Origin: an uncultured Bacilli bacterium
GTDB taxonomy: Bacteria > Bacillota_I > Bacilli_A > RF39 > UBA660
Direction of reading: 5' to 3'
Length of the DNA: 64,000 nucleotides
NCBI GenBank assembly: GCA_934086815.1
Contig: CAKOIM010000001.1
Coordinates: 14,366 to 78,365, forward strand
The notes beneath the pieces are model-generated. The model had not been told where the DNA came from. It made no database searches and saw nothing but the letters and a program-made list of their open reading frames with translations. Below, one piece after another: positions 1 to 8,313 of this stretch. Position 1 is the stretch's first letter; the number at the start of each line of letters is the position of its first letter. Made by a program: the position numbers and the translations under genes.

Positions 1-2
1 TA

Positions 3-284
3 AAACCTATATTAAGTGTTTTTGACTTTAATTTATATTTAAATAAAGAAAAAGAAGTAGTAAAAAAAGAAAAAAAATATACTAAAGAAGAGGCACTGGA
101 TATGGCTATAAATAAGGCTTTAGAAAATGTAGAAAAGAAATTGAATGAAAAAGATGAGATAATTGATAAAAAAGTTTTGAAAAAAAACATAAATGATAGT
201 AAAATGGATATAGATGTATTTGTAGTTGTGAAAAAAATAATAAGTACACAAGAAGAAATAACAATAGAAAAAGGAATTGATTAG
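3..284 (+). CDS. 3' end of a CDS that begins upstream of the window; possibly a YqfD-like sporulation protein C-terminus
   Basis: Frame 3 is open from nt 3 to the TAG at 282-284; the track only shows the part after the Met at 102. The tail is Lys/Glu-rich. Its position just upstream of the ybeY-dgkA-era-recO block matches yqfD in Bacillus-type gene order. The assignment rests on context only. Confidence 0.3.
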   Translation, partial: KPILSVFDFNLYLNKEKEVVKKEKKYTKEEALDMAINKALENVEKKLNEKDEIIDKKVLKKNINDSKMDIDVFVVVKKIISTQEEITIEKGID

Positions 285-286
285 AT

Positions 287-904
287 ATGTTTTTAAATAC
301 AATTAAAGCCGTTTTAAATGATAATTGGCCAATACTAGTGATATTTATTGTAACCATTGTATGTTTGCGTTTCTTTTATATAAGAGCAAATAGGGAAAAG
401 ACTTGTTTTTATAAAGAGTTTTTACAAATATTATCCATTGTATACATATTTTTATTGTTTCAACTTTTAACTAAAGTAGAATTAAATCAAGGAAGTGGTT
501 ATAACTTAGTGCCATTTACGGAAATGTTTAGGTATGAAGTTGGTAGTAAATTATTTGTATTTAATGTTGGAGGTAATATTTTAGCTTTCGTAATATTTGG
601 TTTAATTGTATCTGCCTATATAAAGCCTAAGACTATTTTAGCTCCATTTTTAATTTCTTTGATTACATCATCGACAGTGGAATTTGTTCAACTAAATATT
701 GGCCGAAGTTTTGATGTTGATGACATTATTTTAAATGTCGTAGGTTGTATTTTAGGATATTTACTATATATTGGAGGTAGTGCTATTCATAATCATTTAC
801 CAAAAGCCTTGCAAAAAGAAGGAATTCTTAATATAATATGTTTAATTATTTTTATTTTGTTAGTTGTATATGTTTTACAATTAATGGGGGTGTTAAATAT
901 TTAA
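287..904 (+). CDS. VanZ-like family membrane protein
   Basis: Multi-TM protein with NLVPFTEMF, GGNILAFVIFGL and DVDDIILNVVGCILGY motifs, which are typical of VanZ-like proteins. Confidence 0.65.
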   Translation: MFLNTIKAVLNDNWPILVIFIVTIVCLRFFYIRANREKTCFYKEFLQILSIVYIFLLFQLLTKVELNQGSGYNLVPFTEMFRYEVGSKLFVFNVGGNILAFVIFGLIVSAYIKPKTILAPFLISLITSSTVEFVQLNIGRSFDVDDIILNVVGCILGYLLYIGGSAIHNHLPKALQKEGILNIICLIIFILLVVYVLQLMGVLNI

Positions 905-1350
905 TGAATGATTATGAAATAATTAATGAATATAGTGCTTTTAATTATGATTATTTGCCTAAAATAATAGATAAAACATTAGAAATGGAAAATGTAGTTA
1001 ATGCTGTATTTAGTATAATTTTTATAGATGATGAAAAGATGCATGAATTAAATAAAAGTTATCGGGGAATTGATCGTACGACGGATGTGTTATCATTTGC
1101 TTATGAAGATAATCAAGAGTACGAAACTAATTTACGTATTTTAGGTGAAATATTTGTAAGTATTCCGAAAATGAAAGAGCAAGCGTTAGTTTATGGTCAT
1201 AGTGAAACTAGAGAATTATCTTTTTTAGTGGTTCATGGAATATTACATTTACTAGGTTACGATCATACACTAGGTAAAAAAGAGGAAGAGGATATGTTTA
1301 GACGTCAGGAGTTGGTATTAAATGAGTTCGAAGAAACAAAAAGAAACTAA
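904..1350 (+). CDS. ybeY: rRNA maturation endoribonuclease YbeY
   Basis: HGILHLLGYDH zinc-binding motif. The start is taken at ATG 904 (MNDYEII), because the track ORF from 838 overlaps the VanZ-like gene. Confidence 0.9.
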   Translation: MNDYEIINEYSAFNYDYLPKIIDKTLEMENVVNAVFSIIFIDDEKMHELNKSYRGIDRTTDVLSFAYEDNQEYETNLRILGEIFVSIPKMKEQALVYGHSETRELSFLVVHGILHLLGYDHTLGKKEEEDMFRRQELVLNEFEETKRN

Positions 1351-1720
1351 AAAAATGAGCTTTAAAAGATTTTTAAATAGTATAAAATATTCAATAGAAG
1401 GACTAGCACATGCTTATAAAAATGAACAAAGTTTATGGTTACATGCTATGTGTACAGTACTTGCTATTATATTAGGTATTATCTTGAGAATATCTTTTAT
1501 ACAATGGACAATTATATTAATTGCTTTAGTAGTAGTACTTGCAGTAGAATTAGTAAATACCGCAATTGAAGCAACGGTTGATTTAATTACAGAAGATATT
1601 CATCCCCTTGCTAAGGTAGCTAAGGATTGTGGGAGTGCTGCGGCATTTGTAAGTAGTATAGTAGCTTTAATTATATCTTTATTTATTTTTATTCCGAAGG
1701 TAATATTAATTTTTGGGTGA
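1322..1720 (+). CDS. dgkA: diacylglycerol/undecaprenol kinase
   Basis: Three-TM protein of about 130 aa with ELVNTAIEATVDLI and the conserved N-terminal FKRF..S..YSIEGL. A GGAG lies 9 nt before ATG 1322; the alternative start is 1355. Confidence 0.85.
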   Translation: MSSKKQKETKKMSFKRFLNSIKYSIEGLAHAYKNEQSLWLHAMCTVLAIILGIILRISFIQWTIILIALVVVLAVELVNTAIEATVDLITEDIHPLAKVAKDCGSAAAFVSSIVALIISLFIFIPKVILIFG

Positions 1721-1724
1721 TATT

Positions 1725-2612
1725 ATGCGTAGTGGTTTTGTAAGTATTATAGGTAGGCCTAATGTTGGAAAAAGTACACTCGTAAATACCATTATAAATA
1801 GAAAAGTTGCTATAACTAGTGATGTATCTGGTACAACTAGAAATATTATTCAAGGAATATATAATGATGTAGATTCACAAATAGTCTTTGTTGATACTCC
1901 AGGTATACATAAACCAATTAATAAGTTAGGAAAAGTTTTGAATAAAGAAGCTTTAGCTTTAACGAAAGATGTAGATTTAATGCTTTTTGTTGTCGATGTT
2001 GCCGGTGGTATAGGAAAGGGCGATATGTATATTTTAGATATGCTTAAAGCTAGTCAAGTACCAGTAATATTAGTGTTAAACAAAATAGATGAAATATCTC
2101 AAGAAAAGTTATTTAAAATTATTTTAGAATATAAAGATATATATCCGTTTGTAGAAGTAGTACCTATATCAGCTTTAAAAAATGATAATGTGAAACATTT
2201 AATTGAAGTAATAAAAAATTACTTGCATGATGAAGTAAAATATTTTCCAGATGAATATTATACGAGTAGTAGTTTAAAATTTATGGTAAGTGAAATAGTA
2301 AGAGAAAAACTATTACATGTAACTGAGGATGAAGTACCACATAGTATAACGTGTTATACAACTTTTTTTGAAGAAAAAAAAGATATAGTTAATATAAGTG
2401 TCGATATAATTGTTGATAGAGATAATTTAAAGGGAATGATTATTGGCAAAAATGGCAGTCGCTTAAAGGTCGTGGGAACCCTTGCTAGAAATGAAATAGA
2501 AAAAGAATTAGTAGATAAAAAGGTTTATTTAGAGCTATATGTGAAGACTATAAAAAACTGGAAAGAAAAAGAAAAATATTTATTAGAATTAGGTTTTATA
2601 GATAGTGAATAA
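1725..2612 (+). CDS. era: GTPase Era
   Basis: G1 GRPNVGKST, G3 DTPG and G4 NKID motifs plus a C-terminal KH domain. The start is at ATG 1725 (MRSGFVSIIG). Confidence 0.95.
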   Translation: MRSGFVSIIGRPNVGKSTLVNTIINRKVAITSDVSGTTRNIIQGIYNDVDSQIVFVDTPGIHKPINKLGKVLNKEALALTKDVDLMLFVVDVAGGIGKGDMYILDMLKASQVPVILVLNKIDEISQEKLFKIILEYKDIYPFVEVVPISALKNDNVKHLIEVIKNYLHDEVKYFPDEYYTSSSLKFMVSEIVREKLLHVTEDEVPHSITCYTTFFEEKKDIVNISVDIIVDRDNLKGMIIGKNGSRLKVVGTLARNEIEKELVDKKVYLELYVKTIKNWKEKEKYLLELGFIDSE

Positions 2613-2652
2613 AAAGAAAGAAAGTACACCAATATATAATTAGGTGATCAAA

Positions 2653-2742
2653 ATGAATAAAAAGGAAGCATGGAAAAAATTTCAAAAATCTGGGAAAGTG
2701 GAAGACTACCTAGAATATAAAAAAGAGGAAAAGAAGGATTAG
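2653..2742 (+). CDS. YqzL-like small protein (29 aa)
   Basis: Not in the ORF track because it is too short. It reads MNKKEAWKKFQKSGKVEDYLEYKKEEKKD, with an aggtga SD-like sequence upstream. It occupies the exact era-recO interval where yqzL lies in Bacillus, and has a similar W..F..tG....YL.yK pattern. Confidence 0.5.
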   Translation: MNKKEAWKKFQKSGKVEDYLEYKKEEKKD

Positions 2743-2744
2743 AA

Positions 2745-3473
2745 GTGTTAATTGAAGTAGATGGGTTTATATTAAGTGAAATAGCTTATGGTGAAACAAG
2801 TAAAATTATTAATGTTTTTACGGAAAATTATGGAATAATAGGGATTATTTGTAAGAATGCTAAAAGCTTAAAAAATAAAAATAGGGTAGCAACAATGAAA
2901 CTTACCTATGCTAGATTTAATATAAAGTATAAAAAAGATAAACTATCTACTTTAATTAGTGCCGATATAATTAATCCTTTAAAACTAATCAAGAGTGATA
3001 TTATCTTGATTAGTTTTTTAGCTTATATAAGTGATTTAACTTATCAAGTGCTTAAACAATCAAGTAGTTATAAAGATATTTATTATGATTTAATCGGAGT
3101 TGTAAAGAAATTGGAAAGTGGCCTAGATCCAATCGTATTAACAAATATATTGGAAATTAAATATTTAAAGTATTTAGGTATATTATTTGATCTTAATACT
3201 TGTGTAGTATGTAATAGTAATACTAATATTATAACTATTGATGCTTACAAAGGGGGATTCATTTGTAAAAATTGTTTAGGTAATGAATTTGTTGTGAATG
3301 AAAAGGTTATTAAACTACTAAAAATGTATTATTATGTAGATGTAAATAGTTTAAAAGATATTAAAATTGAATCAAGTATAAAAAAAACTATCAATACTTT
3401 TTTAGATATGTATTATGATAGATATACCGGGTTATATTTAAATAGTAAAGAATTTTTGAAGAAAATGTTGTAG
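2745..3473 (+). CDS. recO: DNA repair protein RecO
   Basis: GTG start, an N-terminal OB-fold-like region and the zinc motif CVVC-x17-CKNC. It follows era, as is usual. Confidence 0.85.
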   Translation: MLIEVDGFILSEIAYGETSKIINVFTENYGIIGIICKNAKSLKNKNRVATMKLTYARFNIKYKKDKLSTLISADIINPLKLIKSDIILISFLAYISDLTYQVLKQSSSYKDIYYDLIGVVKKLESGLDPIVLTNILEIKYLKYLGILFDLNTCVVCNSNTNIITIDAYKGGFICKNCLGNEFVVNEKVIKLLKMYYYVDVNSLKDIKIESSIKKTINTFLDMYYDRYTGLYLNSKEFLKKML

Positions 3474-3481
3474 GTGGTATT

Positions 3482-4078
3482 ATGGCAAATTTAACTTTTT
3501 ATTATGGGACAATGGCAGTAGGTAAAACTACTAAATTATTGCAAGATCATTATAATTATTCTAAATATTTAATTAACTTAGTATTAATGAAACCTAAGGT
3601 AGATACTAAGGGAAATGATACTGTTGTAAATCGAGTAGGCGAAAATGTTCGCGTAGATGTTTTAATTCCTAAAAGTGCTAATTTATTAAGTAAGAAATAT
3701 AAAAATAAGTATATGTATGCGGAATTTATTTTAGTAGATGAAGCCCAATTTTTATCAAAGGAACAAGTTAATCAATTATGGTTTATTGCTCATAAGTATA
3801 ATATTTCAGTTATTTGTTATGGACTTAAGAGTAATTTTAAAGGTGATTTATTTACGGGTTCTATGCAACTATTTGCAAGAAGTGATGAAAAACACGAACT
3901 AACAGTTAATTGTGTATGTGGAAAGCCTGCGATGTTTAATGCGAGGCGTGTTAATGGTAAATATAGTATGAGTGGAAAAGAAATAGTTATTGATGGAGAG
4001 AAAACATCAATTGAATATGTACCATTATGTGCGGATCATTACCTAGAATATGTTTTAAAAAATAGTTATAAAGATTAA
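3482..4078 (+). CDS. tdk: thymidine kinase
   Basis: P-loop GTMAVGKTT, VDEAQFL, and a C-terminal zinc ribbon (CVCG ... LCADHY). Confidence 0.9.
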   Translation: MANLTFYYGTMAVGKTTKLLQDHYNYSKYLINLVLMKPKVDTKGNDTVVNRVGENVRVDVLIPKSANLLSKKYKNKYMYAEFILVDEAQFLSKEQVNQLWFIAHKYNISVICYGLKSNFKGDLFTGSMQLFARSDEKHELTVNCVCGKPAMFNARRVNGKYSMSGKEIVIDGEKTSIEYVPLCADHYLEYVLKNSYKD

Positions 4079-4596
4079 TTGTTATAGTGCTTGTTTATGC
4101 GTATAAGTTTTTGTTCAAAAGTTTCATTACAATTATAGTTTGGAGGATAAAAACCAAGTTTATTATTTAAAATATTTATAGAGGGTATAATATGCTCTTT
4201 TTTTAAGCCATTATATAAATCTAAATATACTTGGTGGTTTTTCAAACTTTTAAATATATAATCATCATCTATTATTAAAAAATGTGTTATATTTGGGTTA
4301 GCCTTTAAATACATTAGTATTTCTTCTTCTCTATTTTTTCCAAGAGGTGTTACATCATATATATCTATACCATATTCTTTTAAGCCTTTTACATATTTAT
4401 AATAGTTTGAACGCTCTATTTCACATAGACCGGTTTGAAATGAGCGTTTATTAGAAGTTGTTGCAACTATTTTGGCTTTAGTAATATCAATAATTTTTTT
4501 TAATACTAAAACATTTTCATAATCTACTTTTATATCTTTTGGAGTGTACCAATTATTAATAACTCCGTCAAAGTCTAGAAAAATAATTTTTTTCAT
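4075..4596 (-). CDS. HAD-superfamily phosphatase-like protein
   Basis: N-terminal FLDFDGVINN (DxDG motif I) and a later IIDDD motif. About 170 aa. Confidence 0.55.
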   Translation of the reverse strand: MKKIIFLDFDGVINNWYTPKDIKVDYENVLVLKKIIDITKAKIVATTSNKRSFQTGLCEIERSNYYKYVKGLKEYGIDIYDVTPLGKNREEEILMYLKANPNITHFLIIDDDYIFKSLKNHQVYLDLYNGLKKEHIIPSINILNNKLGFYPPNYNCNETFEQKLIRINKHYNN

Positions 4597-4634
4597 CGTT
4601 TTCCTCCTTAAGAATTAATTTATATATTACTGTA

Positions 4635-4683
4635 ATAATCAATAAAAAGCAAGTAATCATATAATCAATAAAAAGCAAGTAAT
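4635..4683. repeat. two tandem 23-bp direct repeats (ataatcaataaaaagcaagtaat) separated by 3 nt
   Basis: Exact copies at 4635-4657 and 4661-4683. They lie in the divergent intergenic region, immediately upstream of the -35 of the promoter for 4738..5577. Confidence 0.9.
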
Positions 4684-4687
4684 TATA

Positions 4688-4715
4688 TTGACTTAAAAAT
4701 TAAGTATGGTAATAT
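4688..4715 (+). promoter_or_regulatory. sigma-A-type promoter (TTGACT-16-TGgTAATAT)
   Basis: TTGACT at 4688-4693, and an extended -10 with TG at 4707-4708 plus TAATAT at 4710-4715. Confidence 0.5.
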
Positions 4716-4737
4716 ATTTAAGAAAGGAAGTGAGTTT

Positions 4738-5577
4738 ATGGATTGGAATAAGGAGGTTACACTTTTACCATATGATCCAAGTTTGGAAAACTTAAAATGT
4801 CAAAATACATATCATAAAATGTGGGGAGGAGCTTGTGCTGTTACTGATTTTGCAATTTTGCTAGGAGCAGCTGTACCTGTTGATTATGCTAAATATTATA
4901 GATTTTTAAAGAATAGACCTGGTAAGTGGTATTTATCTTCTTTTAGTAAAGATAATTGTATAGAATATATTAATCATAGAAACCATGCATATGAAAGTAA
5001 TGGCGATAATCGTAGTATATGTGTTCGTCCGGCGATAATGTATTCTAATATTGAAGAAATTTCCCCAGATAGACTATGGAGTGAGGAAGGCCTTTATGGA
5101 ATTGAATATGGAGAGTACCCACAATATGTAGTTGATATAAATCTTGCAGAAATACTTGAAGCAAATTATTTAGCTGGTAATGTTAAAGAAACTGGAAAAA
5201 CGTATACAACAGACACTGGAAGTAAAGAATGTTCTAATTTTACGCCTCTAATACATCCAGAGTATGAATTTAATGGGAAAAAATACGTAAGAACAAAATA
5301 TTTTAATGAAGAGCGAATTGAACTTTCAAATGATAAAACCTATGAAAAAGGAGATACGGTTTGGGTTGAAGTAAAACCTATAAAATGGATTATATTTGCA
5401 GAACAAAGCTGTATTGTAGCTAAAGATTTATTATTATCAGGATTAAAAATCTACAATTATGATCAAAACAATGTTGATTTTAGAAAAACGGGACTTTACT
5501 TATATTTAAATAATTATTTTGTTAAAGATATAGTTCCTAGTAAGCAAAAGAAAGTTGCATTAACAAGAAAAAAATAA
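4738..5577 (+). CDS. hypothetical protein; the N-terminal part resembles the W..LSS ... VRPA domain type seen in the C-termini of 23785..25311 and 30900..32117
   Basis: GGAAG SD before the ATG and no signal peptide. Contains CAVTDFAILLGA, GKWYLSS and RSICVRPAIMY motifs. Function unknown. Confidence 0.55.
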   Translation: MDWNKEVTLLPYDPSLENLKCQNTYHKMWGGACAVTDFAILLGAAVPVDYAKYYRFLKNRPGKWYLSSFSKDNCIEYINHRNHAYESNGDNRSICVRPAIMYSNIEEISPDRLWSEEGLYGIEYGEYPQYVVDINLAEILEANYLAGNVKETGKTYTTDTGSKECSNFTPLIHPEYEFNGKKYVRTKYFNEERIELSNDKTYEKGDTVWVEVKPIKWIIFAEQSCIVAKDLLLSGLKIYNYDQNNVDFRKTGLYLYLNNYFVKDIVPSKQKKVALTRKK

Positions 5578-5710
5578 AAAATGATAATTGATGCCGTTTC
5601 AAAATTTCATCAGTAAATTAGAATAAGTTTTATTGTTTTAAATTAACAGTAAAAAGATGCAAAAATTTTTTGAAAAATCAAAGTATAATATGTAAATTTC
5701 TATCAAAATA

Positions 5711-5738
5711 TTGAAAAACTAAAATGGTATGGTATAAT
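5711..5738 (+). promoter_or_regulatory. sigma-A-type promoter for glyQS (TTGAAA-16-TGgTATAAT)
   Basis: TTGAAA at 5711-5716 and TATAAT at 5733-5738, preceded by TGg. Confidence 0.5.
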
Positions 5739-5759
5739 TAGGACTTAGGAAGTGATAAA

Positions 5760-7133
5760 ATGAAAATAACTATGGAAGAGTTAGTAAATTACTGTAAGCA
5801 ATATGGAATTATATTTCAAGGAAGTGAAATATATGGTGGTTTATCTAACACTTGGGATTACGGTCCAGTTGGAACTAACATTAAGGAAAATTTAAGAAGT
5901 GCTTGGAAGAAAAAATTTATTCAAGAAAACCCATATAATGTTGGCTTAGATGCTGCAATATTGATGAATCCAAATGTATGGGTAGCATCAGGTCATGTTG
6001 CATCATTTACAGATCCATTAATTGATTGCAAACATTGTAAAAGTAGACATAGAGCTGATAAGTTAGTCGAAGAATTTACACACGGAGAAATTACTGGAGA
6101 TGGATGGAGTAATGAAAAATTAGAAAAATATATTAATGAAAATAATATTGCTTGTCCAGTATGTGGTAAAGTTGATTACACAGCAATAAGAAAATTTAAT
6201 TTGTTATTTGAAACTTCTATTGGGGTAACTGATGATAGTAAAAATAAAGTTTATTTAAGAGGAGAAACTGCACAAGGGATATTTGTAAACTTTAAAAATG
6301 TTGAAAGAAGTATGCGTTTAAAAGTTCCTTTCGGTATTGCTCAAAGTGGTAAAGCTTTTAGAAATGAAATAACTCCGGGTAACTTTATTTTTAGAACAAG
6401 AGAATTTGAACAAATGGAATTAGAATTTTTCTGTAAACCAAGTGATGATTTAGAATGGTTTGGTTATTGGAAAAGCTTCTGCCTAGACTTTTTAAAAAGT
6501 ATTGGTATTAAAGCAGAAAACTTAAGATATAGAGATCATGAAAAAGAAGAATTATCACATTATAGTAAAGCTACAACTGATATTGAATATAATTATCCGA
6601 TGGGTTGGGGTGAACTATGGGGTGTAGCTGATAGAACAGATTATGACTTAAGTGTTCATCAAAACCATAGTAAAGTAGATTTAAGATATTTAGATCCGGA
6701 AACAAATGAAAAATATTTACCATATGTTATTGAACCATCAGTTGGTTTAGATAGATTATTTTTAGCAGTGTTAGCTGATGCTTATACTAAAGAAATTGTG
6801 GAAAATGAAGAAAGAATAGTATTAAAGATTAGTCCTGTACTAGCACCTTATAAAATTACTATCCTACCTTTAATTAAAAAAGCCCATAGTGAAAAAGCTA
6901 ATGATATTTATGCTAGATTATGTAAATATTTTGCTTGTTATTATGATGAATCTGGTTCTATTGGTAAGAGATATAGAAGAAGTGATGCAATAGGGGTTCC
7001 TTATGCAATAACTATAGATGATAATACTTTAGAAAATAATACTGTAACTTTACGTGATAGAGATACAATGGAACAAATAACTTTAAATATCGATGAATTA
7101 GTTGATTATTTAAATAAAAAATTAGAATTTTAA
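5760..7133 (+). CDS. glyQS: glycine--tRNA ligase (homodimeric class II type)
   Basis: 457 aa. Contains YGG..N.WDYGP, FRNEITPGNFIFRTREFEQMELEFF (motif 2) and GLDRL (motif 3), plus a C-terminal anticodon-binding domain. Confidence 0.95.
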   Translation: MKITMEELVNYCKQYGIIFQGSEIYGGLSNTWDYGPVGTNIKENLRSAWKKKFIQENPYNVGLDAAILMNPNVWVASGHVASFTDPLIDCKHCKSRHRADKLVEEFTHGEITGDGWSNEKLEKYINENNIACPVCGKVDYTAIRKFNLLFETSIGVTDDSKNKVYLRGETAQGIFVNFKNVERSMRLKVPFGIAQSGKAFRNEITPGNFIFRTREFEQMELEFFCKPSDDLEWFGYWKSFCLDFLKSIGIKAENLRYRDHEKEELSHYSKATTDIEYNYPMGWGELWGVADRTDYDLSVHQNHSKVDLRYLDPETNEKYLPYVIEPSVGLDRLFLAVLADAYTKEIVENEERIVLKISPVLAPYKITILPLIKKAHSEKANDIYARLCKYFACYYDESGSIGKRYRRSDAIGVPYAITIDDNTLENNTVTLRDRDTMEQITLNIDELVDYLNKKLEF

Positions 7134-7157
7134 TATACCTTAGGGTATATTTTTTTC
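7133..7157 (+). terminator. intrinsic terminator after glyQS
   Basis: Stem atatacc/ggtatat with loop ttag, followed by a T-run. Confidence 0.6.
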
Positions 7158-7312
7158 TTAAAATATCTAATCTTCTTTGATAGAACTTTAAGTATTAATA
7201 ATTTTAAACAAGGAAAATAAATAAAGAAATTGTGATTTAATTTCTAATTATTACTACGATATTATAATGCATATGACAAATAACATTAAAGTGAAGATGT
7301 AAAACTAAATAT

Positions 7313-8029
7313 ATGGGTTTAGCAGAAAAAAATGCTATATTCATAAAAAATAATTTAATATACAAAAAATTAGATTTTATTATAAAAAAAGAAAAAGATA
7401 TAAGGATAGAATTTTTTAATGGTTATCCATTAAAAGATTTGGAACAAATGAAATCTAATAAAGAAAAAAGAGGATTAAGTAAAGATATACAGGATATAAC
7501 TTTAATAGATAATTATAAGAGGAGGATGAAAAAAATGGGAGAATATACTGATTTATATGATGAAAACAAAAATTTAACAGGGGAAAAAATATTTAGAAAG
7601 AAAGGTGAAAAATCGGAAACACCTGAAGGAAGATATACTATAGTTGTTTTAGCAATAATAGAAAATGAAAATAATGAAATTTTAGTTCAAAAAACATCTG
7701 CTAGAAAAAAAGGCGTATGGGCATTACCTGGTGGACATGTAAAAAGTGGACAAAATAGCTATGAAGCAATTCAAGAAGAATTATTAGAAGAAATGGATAT
7801 TAATGTTAATATTGATGAAATAAAATTGTTTAAAACTTATAAATATGAAAATGCATTTAAGGATGTCTTTTATATCAGAAAAAAATATGATTTGAATAAG
7901 ATTAAAGTAGAAGAAGATGAAGTAGAAAAAGTTGTATATCTTTCAAAAAAAGATATATTAAAATTAGTAGAAGAAGATAAATTTAGAAAAACAAATTTAG
8001 ATACATTAAATGATTTTTTTAAAAAATAA
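7313..8029 (+). CDS. NUDIX hydrolase with a possible 74-aa N-terminal extension
   Basis: Nudix box GGHVKSGQNSYEAIQEELLEEMDI. The frame is open from ATG 7313, which has no SD. A strong AGGAGG precedes an internal ATG at 7535 (MGEYTDLY), which would give a 164-aa canonical-size Nudix protein. Confidence 0.8.
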   Translation: MGLAEKNAIFIKNNLIYKKLDFIIKKEKDIRIEFFNGYPLKDLEQMKSNKEKRGLSKDIQDITLIDNYKRRMKKMGEYTDLYDENKNLTGEKIFRKKGEKSETPEGRYTIVVLAIIENENNEILVQKTSARKKGVWALPGGHVKSGQNSYEAIQEELLEEMDINVNIDEIKLFKTYKYENAFKDVFYIRKKYDLNKIKVEEDEVEKVVYLSKKDILKLVEEDKFRKTNLDTLNDFFKK

Positions 8030-8080
8030 TTTTAATAAATTATTGGACACTTATTTAGAAATTGATTTATTACTAAAAGC

Positions 8081-8114
8081 AAGGTATCATTCTTATTCAG
8101 GTATGATACCTTTT
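8081..8114 (+). terminator. intrinsic terminator after the NUDIX gene
   Basis: 10-bp stem aaggtatcat/atgatacctt with a 12-nt loop, then tttt. Confidence 0.55.
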
Positions 8115-8313
8115 GTATGTAAATAATTGTTAATAATATATTGCAATTTAGTATGCACTGTCCAAAAAAAATCATAATTTAAAAATTTAGCAGAGAAAAT
8201 TGAATATTCTCTTATTTCTACTTGATTCTGATTTTTTCTATTGTTCTATATTTTTTCTTGTCAAAAAACTAAATATATGTTACTTTTAAATAGGATAATA
8301 CAAGGAGGATGAA

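Noticed and set aside
106-357. Minus-strand ORFs 106..357 and 120..302.
   Set aside because: They are antisense to the partial upstream CDS and the VanZ-like gene. They encode low-complexity Phe/Leu/Ile-rich translations, which are typical of the reverse strand of Lys/Glu-rich AT-rich genes.
5578-5759. I looked for the T-box leader expected upstream of glyQS.
   Set aside because: The region has no AGAGA/GGTG stem-I elements, no GGTGGTACCG-type T-box sequence and no terminator. Only a promoter-like TTGAAA-16-TGgTATAAT is visible. By contrast, the thrS and ileS leaders in this window are clear.
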